Shown: positions 12,538 to 25,250 of the stretch, piece by piece | How the letters are laid out: each line of letters opens with the position of its first letter | How positions within the stretch are numbered: position 1 is the first letter of the stretch | NCBI RefSeq assembly: GCF_009914755.1 | Contig: NC_060947.1 | Direction: 5' to 3' (one strand) | Length of the DNA stretch: 64,000 bases | Origin: the human T2T-CHM13v2.0 reference genome, Homo sapiens | The notes under the pieces: generated by a model | The model's input: the letters and a program-made list of their open reading frames with translations, nothing else | Databases searched by the model: none | Told to the model about the DNA's origin: nothing | Position numbers and translations under genes: made by a program

Positions 12538-15019
12538 TTCCCTGTTTAATTCTTCTTAGCATCTCCACTAAACACAAACCAAGAAAGGTGATTTTTCTCT
12601 TTGTTAGAACTTCTTAGGAAAACTTCACTATTCTCTTATTCCATCTGTTTTGGGGTTGAGGAGAGCTGTTATATAAGAAGTTATTGTTAGGGTTTCTTGT
12701 ATTCCTGTTGTAATATTCTCAAGCTGACATATTTGTGATAGATCAACAAAGCAGTAGGTATTTTGTACCGCTACCTAAGCAATAAAAGCAAGTATGTAAT
12801 GCTGTAGTACCAGAGTTGTGGTTTTTCCCCTGCACAATATATTAACTAAGCAGAAAATTTAAAAGAACAAAGACAATAAAAGTAATGTTTGTTAGTGGTA
12901 GTTTGAGATATTTCAGGAGAGATGAGATGTGAAGAAAAGCAATGGCCATATTTAGAAAGCTGCCTCAAACCCAAGAGTATCTATTGAAGTAAACTTGATG
13001 ACAGACTTTTTTCCTCTTCATGAATCATTGTATTCCTATAAAAGCGAAAATTCCTCTTCATCTAAACAAATGGCTTCAACATCTGTTTTCTTAGTTTCTC
13101 AAAAGGGTGTCTTCGGCTTGCATTTTTTTTTTTAAAAGTGTTTATCTGTTTAAAATGAAATATCGTCAAAAGCAGTTTGTACATCAAAATCCAAGTTGGT
13201 CTTCAGCTTGTAAGAATTAGTTGAGAATTATCTGGTGGTGTTGATAGTGGTATAGGGGAAAAAAGAAATTACATTTTGTATTCTGCATAGGTAAGTTCTT
13301 CTTCCTAACCATATTCTTTAAATTTTTTTGACTTACATTTAATTTTACATGCTCTTAGCTTTGGAGGACCGATTGACTAGGAAACTTGATCGTTGAGAGC
13401 GCATTCCAACGTTTTAATGCTCTGGGTTCTGAAAGTATTTTAAAAATTAGCAGCTGGAGAATTATTCTGTTAGTCCCATTGACTAGGAACTGATCTGTAG
13501 TTGGTTTGATTCTTCTCTTGCTCCCATAATCAGTTTCCTTCTACCATGTCACTAAGAGAAACACACTTATAACTGGTTCGTAAATGACTTATGTGCTTTT
13601 CTGAAGCACTTTTTCAATTCCCAGTCTCCTGTGAATTTGTATACCCTCAATGGTGTTGGTTTTATCTTTTTTAATCTTTAATCTCTTCTTGGGTGACAGG
13701 CCACCATGCCCTTGAGCCCATCCTGCCATTTAAAAATAAAGAATGAGAAGCAGCTGAAATGCTGGCTCTTTTGCAGCTGACAGGAATCAGATCTATTGCT
13801 TAGATTCTTTATCTGGGTACAGACATGCCAGTGGTGTGTGACTTGTTCTAGCCATGCCATTTGCAGTCACAAGGTTTAAGAGGATGGGAGTAGAGGAAGT
13901 TGTCTCCAAGAGAAAGAAAGATTTTTTTTTTTTTTTTTTGGATGTAAAGGTCAAGGAGAAAGGCTGTAGATCAGCACATGGGTTCCCACTGCAGGTCACA
14001 GGACTCCTGGCTTCTTACCACCCAGTGGAATTTCTGGGCCATGATAGAGGTGTTTGTCTTTCCGAAAAGGTTGCATAGGCTCCTCCCACCCCCATCCACC
14101 CCACAGCTGTCTGTTGTGTCTGAACAGTGGCTTGCTCTGAGGTTAAAGGTCCATGAAAACTGTGAGACATTTGATGTTATAAAATCTAATTAGTGACAAA
14201 AGCAATTAATATAATCACTTATGACTTAGTTTCTCTGGAAGGGTATACTTATCTTTATTGAATAAGTATAAATGGTAACTGCTAGCAAATGGCACCAAAC
14301 TTAACATAAAATAGAACTACCCCCACCTCTCTCCTCCTCTCCAGTGCAGAAGAGAGGCAGTGAAAAGGGTGGTTATGGTTATGTAGGTGTAGAGGGCTCT
14401 AGGAGGCTCTTGTGACTTGATTGGTGTTCAGTCTCCCTGTTGAGCCCATCAACATGGCCTCAAGGAGGGGAGCTATTGCAAAGGTTTTGCCTGCTGTTTG
14501 TTAAGCCACAGCTTGTAGTTTTGGTTGCACATGACAAAGCAAGGTGCTCTCCTTTTTTGACCTTGTTCAGAGGCTTAATACAATTATTTGTATTAAGCAC
14601 TAGCCACCTGTTAGGATCATTCTCATTAAAGGTCACTGTGTGGTGCCTGACTGTCTGACTATGGCAGCCTGCATCAGATTTGCTAGTGGCCCCTGGTTTG
14701 TGTGACACCTGCCAATAGTAACAGAAAGAATGGAGATCTGATAGCTCAAAGGGAACAGAAGGTACTAGAGGAGGAATGAGGAATCAGGAGAACCATGGAG
14801 CACCTGCCACTCTAGCACCATTACCATGGTTTTTGGTGCTAACTTGCCTAGTCTCCCTTTTCTCTGGCTACCCCTTCAGTGAGCTGTGCCAGGCATTTCG
14901 AAGAGTTCTGTTATTGTCTGCATGCTGATATTGCTTTGGTTTATTGATATTAATATATTGCATCCCTGTTAAGCGTTGAATTTCTTGTACCTGAAATTCC
15001 TTACATCCCCTCTGCTGAA

Positions 15020-15925
15020 TGTCTTAGCTTCTGTCTGCTTCTCTGTGATCTCCATTGAGGTGTTCCACAGGCATATCCTATTCAGTTCCAAAACTGCCCT
15101 TGCAGTTCTGGTTGCCAGCCTGTTTCCCTTCCCTGATTCCCGGTCTCAGTGAATGATGACACTGTTTACCCAGTTGTTAAGCCAGGAACATGGGTATCAT
15201 TCTTGACTCCTATCTCTTCCTAATGCCTCAAATCCAGCCCAGTGCCAAGTCTTGTAGATTGCACTTGCTAAATGTCTGTGATTCTCTGTCTCCAGTGTCA
15301 CTGCAATTATGCTGTTCAGGCCTCATTACATCTCCCTGGACACTGCCCCCCTCAAGTATTCTCCAGATGTTTTATAGCCAGAGAGAACTCTTTAAACTGC
15401 CAATCTGCTTATGCCACTCCCCAGTTTAAAGTCCTTAATGTGACTTACAAGGCCCTTCACATTTGGGCCTCTCTCCCACCCTCTCTCCATTTCCCCTGAA
15501 CATTCTAGCCTCAACCATACATTTTATTTTCTTTGCCTTTGTAAAAAAAAAAAATTTGTTTTTTTAAAACTTAATTTTTTTTTTACTCACCATTCAGCAT
15601 TTCCCTGTGTTCTTTGCATCTTCACAAACACTGTTCTTCCATCCTCCTTTTCCTGTTATTCCCTATACTCACCTTCCCCTTATACATTATCTGTTTTTAT
15701 GGACTTTTCTCTAACTCCTGCCCCAGGAGCCCCTGTTATGTACATGTGTGTGTATGTAGTATGTGTGTATTTTCCAATTGCCTATTTGGTTCTCTGCTCT
15801 ACTGGGGGTTATGCCCTATAAGAGGGAAGGGATCATGTCTGAATCATTCACAGTTGTGTTCCCTATGACCTACGTCTAGCACATGAGAAGAGTTTAGTAA
15901 ATACTGTTGGTGTTTGAATGAATGA
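15020..15925 (+). mobile_element. L2 LINE 3' fragment (degraded)
   Basis: GIILDSYL remnant of L2 ORF2; ends in typical tgaatgaatga tail; boundaries approximate. Confidence 0.6.
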
Positions 15926-16024
15926 GTTCCTTCTTGAGGTTCTAAATGACAAGAGAATATAGTGCTTCCTATAATTCATATCAAATTCTTGAGCCTTGGC
16001 CAAATTAGAGAGTGGAAATGCACA

Positions 16025-16315
16025 GGCTGGGTGCAGTGACTTACACCTGTAATCCCAGCACTTTGGGGGGCTGAGGTGGGAGGATTGCTTGAGTCCAGGA
16101 GTTTGAGACCAGGGTAGGCAACATAGTGAGACCCTGTCTTTAAAAAAAAAAAAAAAATTAGCCAGGCTTGGTGGGGTGCGCCTATAGTCCCAGCTACTTG
16201 GGAGGGTGATGTGGGAGGATTGCTTTAGCCCAGGAGGTCAAGGCTGCAGTGACCCAAGATTGCCCCAGTGCACTCCATTCTGGGTGACACAGCGAGACCC
16301 TGTTTCCAAAAAAAA
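16025..16315 (+). mobile_element. AluJ
   Basis: Diagnostic aggattgcttgag...ccaggag in both arms. Confidence 0.88.
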
Positions 16316-16558
16316 GCACAAAGTTCAAAAGTGAAGGAGATTGCTTTCTTTTAAAGCAGTGAGTAGCCAAACCTCATATATCCTTTATATTGCTTCTTCA
16401 TATTCTGTATCTCCATCCTAAATTACTTTTCTCAACTTGATCTTTGTTTGATTTAAAATTTCTCTGGATTCTTCCCAGCAAAAGTATAGAGTATAATGGG
16501 ACAGGAGAAAATGTGATTGATAAATGGGAATATGTCATTTGATTGATTCTTAAATATA

Positions 16559-17054
16559 TAGTTGACCCTTAAGCAACATGAGTTTGAACTGTGTGAGTCC
16601 ACCTATACATAAATGTTCTTCCACCTCTGCCACCCCAGAGTCAGCAAGACCAGCCCCTCCTCCTCCTCAGCCCTACTCAACATGAAGATGATGAGGATGA
16701 AGACCCTTATGATGATCTACTTCCACTTAATGAATAGTAAAGATATTTTATCTTCCTTATAATTTTCTTAGTAACATTTTTTTCTATAGTTTATTTTAAG
16801 AAACCATTTTTTTCTAGTTTATTGCCCACCTTCATATTGTAAGAAGAACAATTTTTCTCTAGTTTGTTGTTTATATGTATATAATACATATAAACATACG
16901 AAATAATGTGTTAACCGTTTATATTATTGGCAAGGTTTCTGGTCAACGGTAGACTATTAGTAGTTAAGTTCTAAGGGAGTCAAAAGTTATACATGGATTT
17001 TTGAATGCAAGGGGATTGGTGCCCCTAACCTCCGCATCGTTCAAGGGTCAACTG
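16559..17054 (+). mobile_element. Tigger2a-like Tc1/mariner MITE
   Basis: Terminal inverted repeats agttgaccctt / aagggtcaactg flanked by TA; internal cctcctcctcag...gaagatgatgaggatgaagac. Confidence 0.85.
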
Positions 17055-19909
17055 TATTTATTCTAGAGTCATGCCTGAACATGTGTCTACAACACATGTT
17101 TCTCTGGACAGTTGAACACGTTTACATTTCCCTAAAACTAGGCAGTCTTTCTCAGAAGATTTTTTTTAAGTGGGACCCCTCTGTATTTTAATCATAGCTA
17201 GCTCATAGAATCTGTTTGTTGAACTTACAGTAGAATGGAAGTGGGCAAGGGATGCCACTTTGTAAAAAAATAAAGAGTTGCTTTAAGAGGCCGTCTAGAA
17301 AGTGTGGTCATGATAGAACATAATTTAGTATTTAGCTCTGGTACTGAGCAAGGGAATTACCCTCTGAGGTATTGGGCCTAAAACATTCTCCCTCGTCTCA
17401 CTTCATTTGAAGAAGAGAGTAATTATGGACACTGCAATGGCTATTTTGTCACACACTGATCCTAAGAAGGAGCTTTCTAGAGATCAGAATGCTTCTGTCA
17501 AAATGGTGACAGCACCACCTTGGTCACTGTCCAACTTCGGGTTCTCCAGACTACCAGCTGTGTGCTCTTCCAGGATTGAGCTTCAGACCAGGTGTTTAGT
17601 AATGACAAGGGACAGCTTGTTAAATCTGCCATTTGTGGGAGCTGGGAGCTCAAAGTTTTCTGGTCAGATTTTCCCATGACCTTAGTTATAAAGAAAACGT
17701 TACAGATTCTAGAAAATGCCAATGTCCTTTTTAGCGTATTACACTGATTGCAGTGCTTCAGAATTGCCCAACTTCATTATCTGAGCATAGCCAGCCTGAC
17801 GCCTTCTTCTCAAATAGACAATTATGATCAATTAAGCACTTTTAGGCCTTATAGAATACTTAATTTTATTAGCCAATTATTTGTGCTTTGAAAGAGTTAA
17901 TGGTAGCTACCCAAGCCATTATTAGAAATTAGAATGTCCCAAAATAGAAAGGCTATTTCCTTTGTGTGTGGCACTGCAGTGGAAAATGCCAAGCATAGTT
18001 TTTACTGAGTTAAAGGGTGAGGGAAGGCGGGGTGGGGGAGAAAGTTACATGTAAATCATTTAGCCATTAACCTAATGGGTGGGTTTATAAATCCTATTAC
18101 TATAAGCCCTTTTCATTTCCACTGAGGCCTGGTGCATGCTTGATCCCACTAATGTAAAATTCATTCCGTCTAAGTGATTACTGAAGTAAGACACTTTGAG
18201 TCAATTTTAATCAGGTTGTGTGAAACTTGCTTGAGTGCTGATATTCACTAAAGCATGGACATAGTTTGGCCGTGTCTTAATTAGCCCCCCTGGATGAGTT
18301 ATATGAGGAGTCAGTCAGGAAGCCAAATCTCTGAGCCTTTTCACATATACATGTTTCTGTGAGCAAAATAAACTGTAGGTAGGGGCTGAAAACACCCACC
18401 TCAAAAGCAAGGGGCAAGGACCTTTGGGTGAGTGTGTTTCTAGTCTTAATGAAAATTGTGAATGTTAAGAAATCTGAAAGTTCTATTCTTACGGTGAATT
18501 GGAGCATCCTCAATGGTACTTATATTTAAACAAATCAGAATTTCAAGTTTGATTAAATATGTGGATCTTCTTTCTAGAAAAATGCACGTAAGCACACATT
18601 CAAATCTTTGCTGACAGTTTCAGGGGATTTTCAGATTTCTTGACCTTAGGTTAATACCTACTGCTCCAGTTTTAATTTTAGTATCTTAGGTTTTTGTTTT
18701 TTTTTTAACTGGGGATGTAATATTTAGGATTGTATAGGCTCATATTGAGCTCTTGTGTCAGTGAGTAGATTTGGTTCAAGTGTGCTTTAAGGCCAGCTCT
18801 ACAAGCTGTCCACTGTCCTGTGTCAGATATAACCCGAAGAATGGCAGCAATACTTGTAAATTCAAGTGAAACATATAGGACATGAACTTCTAAACTGGAG
18901 GTTGGAGTGGAAGAGGAATGGAGAATAAGAATGTTGTGAAAGGAAGGTTTCTTTAAAGGTGAAAACTGAGTTCTTAAAAGTCAGCATGTGAAGTGGGTTT
19001 TTAAGAATCCACAGGATGAATAAATAGTCATGCTGGGGACAAGAAATTATAAGACACGTTATAAGACAGGGAAGAAATTCACTTTTCCTTTCACACATTC
19101 AAAGGCATAGTTTGTAGTATTTTAAGTTTTGGGATCAAAATAATAGCCCTGTCAAACTGTAGGGCAATAATGGAGAGATACTCATAAATCGTATTAAATT
19201 TGTCTTTTTGGGAGGAGAAGCCTTTCAGAAATTGTTGTTTATTCAGTGTTTTATATTCTTCATACATGAGCTACCAGAAGGTCTAGGTTGTAAATTAAGG
19301 ATTTAAAACAAAATCAGTTTATCTGGAAACTATAGTTGTATGGGAGAGGTACACTTATAGTCAAGTTTATAATTAATGGGCCTTTGTCATTGGAATAGAA
19401 ATTCTTTTCTCTTGAGTGAATATTTGTTTATATAACATGCATTGTGTTTGAAGGTGGGATCAAAACTGATTCACTCTTCATTTCTTGCATGGAAAAAGCC
19501 AGCATTTAAATGTGTACTGTGTGTGGGCTTAATTGCTGCTTTTTGTAACCAACTTTAGGGTCCTGTTGTTGTGGAGATGCACTTACTGATCGATAATGGT
19601 TTGCTCTTCTTAAGCTGGACCACTAGGAGTTTTCCTCCTTTTACTAGAGCCTAAAAAATAAATATTTATTGAATTATTACTTTGTGCCAGGCATTTCGTT
19701 AGGTTTAATGCCCATGATATGATCTCTGCCTATAATTTGCTTATGGTCTCTTAATCTTACCTTTTGTAAGAGAGTGGTGTGTTGTGGTATGCACAGAGTA
19801 CTTTGGGGGATACATAGGACTAGGATATTCATTAATATCATTCGGTTGGGGAGTCTCGAGAAGGCTTTTCTGACAGTATTAAGTTCCTTGTGAAATAAGT
19901 AGATGTTAG

Positions 19910-20135
19910 GTAATAATAACCCCTAACATTTATTGAGCTCTTATGTCCCAGAGACCATACAAAACAAAGTACATACATCGTTAAATTTAATGCTCACAGT
20001 AGCCCTATTAGGAAGCTTCAGTTGCTATCTCCATTTTACAGTTGAGGAATTGGAAGGTTAGAGAGGTTATATTGTTTGCCTGAGGTCATCGCACAGCTTA
20101 TTAGCAGTGCTATTAGGCTTTGAACCCAGGTAGCC
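19910..20135 (-). mobile_element. MIR, interrupted by the MLT2 LTR
   Basis: ccattttacagttgaggaa...aggtca...tttgaacccagg core; resumes after 20573. Confidence 0.7.
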
Positions 20136-20181
20136 TATATTAGGGTTTTCCAGAGAAACAGAGCCACTAGGAGAGGTGGGT

Positions 20182-20239
<58 letters not shown>

Positions 20240-20568
20240 CATTTATTGTGGAGGCTGTCAAGTCTGAAATCTGTAGGGCAGGCCGGCAGCCCAGGGAATA
20301 GTTGATGTTTCAGCTACAGTTCGAAAGCAGTCTGCAGCAGAATTCGTTCTCCCTTGAGAGACCTCAGTCTTTTCCTTTTAGGGCCATCAACTGATTTGAT
20401 GGGGCCCGCTCACACTGTGGTGGATATACTGCTGTACTCAAAGTCAACTGATTTAAATGTTAATCTCATTTTAAAAAAATACCTTTACAGTGACATCTAG
20501 ACTGGTGTTTGACCAAATATCTGGGTACCGTGACTTAGCCAAGTTGACACATAAAATTAACCATCACA
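20136..20568 (-). mobile_element. MLT2 (ERVL) solo LTR
   Basis: Termini tatattagggttttccagagaaacaga ... aaaattaaccatcaca; 5-bp TSD tagcc/cagcc. Confidence 0.85.
20185..20238. repeat. (TG)27 microsatellite inside the MLT2 LTR
   Basis: Direct reading. Confidence 0.95.
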
Positions 20569-20957
20569 CAGCCTAACTTCTCAACTCACATTTTTAACCA
20601 CTTGGGGAAAGAGCATGTAAAAACACAGAAGCAAGAAGAAAAGCATAGCCTGTTTAATGAACCTAAAATATTTTGAGAGGGCTGGTTTGAAGGTGCATGT
20701 AGGAAGTGTTAGAAGATGAGATAGGCCTCAACTAGATGAGTCTCAAGGACAGGCTCAGGGGTTTGAATTTTATTTCAAGAAGTACATTTTATTATAGAAA
20801 GAACACTGGCAAAGTGTGAAGATTGGCTTGGGAGGTAGTGATGCTAGAGACAAGTAGGCCAAGAGAGTGATGGGTGTCTGAAGGAAGGACATGGGAATGC
20901 AGAAAAGGTGCCACATTGGAAAGATGCAGTATAGTTAGTGTAGCATATGTGGGCTCA

Positions 20958-21393
<436 letters not shown>

Positions 21394-21466
21394 TTAGAAT
21401 GAATGCTTATGGGACCAACAGTTGAATGTGTGCCTGGATAGAGAAAACGCTGTCATCAGTGTGTAT

Positions 21467-21716
21467 CACTGATTCTCAACCGGTGCAGTTTTGCTCTTCC
21501 TAGGAAGTGCTTGACAATATCTGGACACAATTTTGGTTGTCACAGCTGGAGAGAAGGAGAGCACACGGCATATGTGTGTACTCATACTACTGATGAAATC
21601 TAGTGGGTAGGGGCTAGGGATGCTGCTAAACATCCTGCAATAGACACAGGATAGCTCCTTATAATAAATAATTATTCAGCCTAAAATGTTAATAGTACTG
21701 AAGTTGAGAAATCTTG
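21467..21716 (+). mobile_element. MER20 DNA transposon fossil
   Basis: ttctcaaccgg...ttttggttgtcacagctgg...ctagtgggtaggggctagggatgctgctaaacatcct...gttgagaaa. Confidence 0.8.
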
Positions 21717-22194
21717 ATATATATGTAGATGTGTATATATACCCCCGAAGTGTGGAAAAGAGATCTCAACAGGTGTTGGATGTTATTATGTATTTTAAAT
21801 GTACCCACTCACATTAAGTGCATAAAGATGTATCCAGACAACTTGTGAGAACTTACGTGTTTCTAGTTATTTTACAACCACATAGCCCTCAAAAGCAACC
21901 TAGAATATGGAAATATATCCTCACAACGCTAATTATCCTTGTTAGGTACACTAGTACTTCCTTTTCCTAATACTGAAGAAGTAAATGTGATTGAAATACA
22001 AACCAACCAAATATAATGAAGAGACATTTCTACATGTCAAAGTTGGATTCTAGATTTTTAGACCTGTGAGGAATCTCAACCTCTTCATTTTATAAATGAG
22101 GATATTGAGACCTAGAAAGGGAAACCAACTTGGTCCCAAATCACTTAGCTGGTAATTGGCAGATTAAACAAGTGCTCTGATTTCAGACCCTAGA

Positions 22195-22228
<34 letters not shown>

Positions 22229-23429
22229 CACGAATATTTGTATAACATTTTATCTTTGCAAAGCACTTTTTAAGCCTGTGGTTCTTTTTATTCTTACCTA
22301 GCTCAGGGAACAAGGTGGTAATATCACCCCAATATTAGAGAAAATAAAACTAAGGTTTAAAGGCAGTAAGTAGCCCAGTATCACAGAAGTGTTAAGTAGT
22401 GAAGACAGAAAGTACCATGCTTATTAAATCCATAGCCCATATTTCTTGAACATTTTTAGAGGAAGACACAAATCTAAGAATAACAGAGAATAGGAAAAAG
22501 ACAATCTAATAGAATAAGGAGGAAATAAATGTTCATCAAGTGAGAGAACTGAGTAGCACTGAGTCCTGCTTGGCAGTTGCTGAAATTTGGAATGTGGAAT
22601 GCTTAGGTAATGGTTGGATTATCAAATATCATAATATTTATATTAATATTTCACCTGCCTTTCTCTTTCCTAGCCTTCAAAACCATTTATATTTTACTAC
22701 CCCTGTTATGCTAATGTATTGTTTAATTTCCAGTTTATTTCTAATTTTATATCATCGGTAATGGAAGAATCCTAAAGCCATTGAGATTTCAGTTGTCATT
22801 CTCTTTTTGCATTATTTGTTTAGAATTTCACCTTACTCAACATTTTCTTAACTTGTAGGATTTTCTTTGTGTTTAATATCTGCATCATACACCAAAGTGG
22901 GTTTCTTGTTAATAAGTAATACTATAGTAGACATGTTTTCGGAATAGGACCTTGAAACTTTTTTTTTAAGCTGTGGAAAGCTGGTGTTTTCTCTCTATTG
23001 TTTAGTATTAATAAATACTCTTTTAGTCTGTAATAGCATCTAAAAACATTTCATAACCTTTGGATGCATTGTGATACAACAGTATTCTATTTTAACAAGA
23101 TACAAAGACTCAGGTGTTATCCTGAACTTATTAGGAGAACCTACAAATACACATCTTAGTAGTAGTTGGTCTTAGGTTGTTGCTGTTGTTAACCTTGGCA
23201 CACACAAAAAACATCTTTCTGCTTAGTAAACCATATCGTGGGTATATTCATGAACACATTATTTTCTTTAGAAAACAATTTTTGATACACATCTAAATTT
23301 CCTTTCTAGTTCCCACTACCCTTTTCCAGCTTTCAGAAGCTCAGACTGGGGTTAAAATTCCTTTTCGTATTATTTTAATTATTGCTCTCCCCACCTCCAC
23401 CCCTTTCCTGTTTCCCCCTCCTCTTTTCC

Positions 23430-24200
23430 CCTAACGGCACTGTTCTGCAAAGCCTGCAATGATTGATATGATGGCAGTGCTGTCATTCTTTTTAACCAAA
23501 AAAAAGTCATTTTTGTTCTAGTTATTTTAATAGAGTCCCATTAAAGATGTATTGCTGACTGAAATATCGGCGTGAAGGGCTCTCACTGAGCTGAGCCCAG
23601 GAATTAAGAAGTCAGGAAATCGGCTGCTGCATTGCAAGAGAGCCTTGTGTGACACCGAGTCTCCTGATTGGGGAGATCATTACTGCTATTATGACTCGAC
23701 TTGCGTAGGAATTTTAAATTCCATCTGAATGTCAGTAATAACCCTCTTAGCAAATTATCCTGAATAAAATCACGAAGGCATTTTATATAATAGGTGTTGA
23801 ATTACTGGATAGATTTGCTAATTAAATACTCTTTGTTCTGCTGCAGTTGACATTACAGGGTAAGATCTTGAACAATTATTCTCAACAGCTGTACTTTGTT
23901 AAGGGAAAAATTAACCACAAAGTTTATTTTTTTATACTTGAAGTTGGCAGATTTTTGAAATGTGCTTGAAAAAATTCCATCATCCAATTGGTAATGAGTA
24001 GATAAATATGCAGGTGTTGCTGTGAAATCAGATAACTGCAGACTGCCTTATTAATGAATTTAGCAAGCCTTTATAGCCCTGTTTTCTAGCCGTTAGCACT
24101 TACAAAATGATTTTCTGTCAGAATGGGCAGCTTTAATATTACACTTGTCACTTCAAAGTGAACTTATGAATGGTCATCTTGTAATCATTGTACCTTGTGT
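23430..24200. promoter_or_regulatory. Candidate conserved non-coding element (probably contains ultraconserved element uc.460 of the POLA1/ARX cluster)
   Basis: Repeat-free, retains several CpGs, PBX (TGATTGAT 23460-23467) and MEIS (CTGTCA 23480-23485) motifs plus TAAT cores; position ~4.5 kb upstream of the 33-nt exon fits recalled uc.460; conservation cannot be seen from one sequence. Confidence 0.5.
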
Positions 24201-24316
24201 CTAGTAGACCTTTCTGGGTACTTGTGGCTATTTTTAAAATGTGTTTCTTCAATGGGGAAAATACCTGTAATGTATAAGTGTTTGATTGTTGACTTCTAGA
24301 ACATTTATGTGGTATG

Positions 24317-24318
<2 letters not shown>

Positions 24319-24353
<35 letters not shown>
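24319..24353. repeat. Poly-T tract (~35 nt)
   Basis: Direct reading. Confidence 0.9.
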
Positions 24354-24354
<1 letters not shown>

Positions 24355-24879
24355 AGAAGGTAGTGAGACATAATGAAAAGAAAGTGAAACATAAAGTCCA
24401 GCTTCTGGATCAAGCTTTTGGGCAAAATCTCAGAGCCTAATTTTCCTCATTTGTCAGTTGGGATTTATAATACTGTGTACCCCTTAGGATTATTCACTTA
24501 GCATTCTATAAATATTTATTAACAGCTCCCATGTACCAGGCCCTCTGGTAGATAGTAAGAATTTGGTAGCTCCCTGAGTAGATAACATCTGAGCCCTCCC
24601 CAGTGAGCAGTTTGAATTGAGGGCTGGACTTGAGGGCAGCTTTGGAGTGTTTCTGCTCATTAGCACTTGGATAAGCATTGGACTAGAGAGGTCACTGTGA
24701 TACCCACCATCTAGAACTGCTTAGTGAAGAAACATGAGAGGTTAGGGGTCAGACTGGTTGTGGGTTGTCTTGTATAGAATGGGCTGAAGAGTTGACAAAC
24801 TGTGGTGAGGACCTTGAACCTGAGATGGAACATTATCATCAGCTGCTAGTGAGGCCCACTGAAAAGATGGTGAGGTCCA

Positions 24880-25250
24880 CAGAAATCGGTACAACCTCTA
24901 TAGAGAGCTATTGGGTTATATTTATTTTAAAAATTTGAAACATAACAACCTTTGACCCAGCACACCCACTTGTAGTAATTTATCTTGTTACTGGCAGATT
25001 TGTAAATTACGTATGTATAGGGATTGTTTGTTGAAGTATGGTTGTAACAGTAAAGAGTAGAAACAACCTATATGTTCATTAATAGAACACTAGTTAAATA
25101 GATTATGTTCTATTTATACAGTGGGGTACTATGTAGTCATTAGAAAAGAATAAGGCAGCTCTTTATGTGTGAATTTGAAATAACCTCTAGGATAAGTGCT
25201 AGGTGAAAAAAGCAGTTGCGGCATACTCTATAGTTTACCATTTCTGCAAA
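24880..25250 (+). mobile_element. Old L1ME-type 3' fragment
   Basis: cctttgacccagca...gaaacaaccta...ttaaatagattatg...aaaagaataaggcag pattern. Confidence 0.6.

Noticed and set aside
13370-13497. Imperfect direct repeat ttgactaggaa(a)ct(t)gatc ~105 bp apart
   Set aside because: Only two short copies; no snoRNA boxes, element ends or array structure
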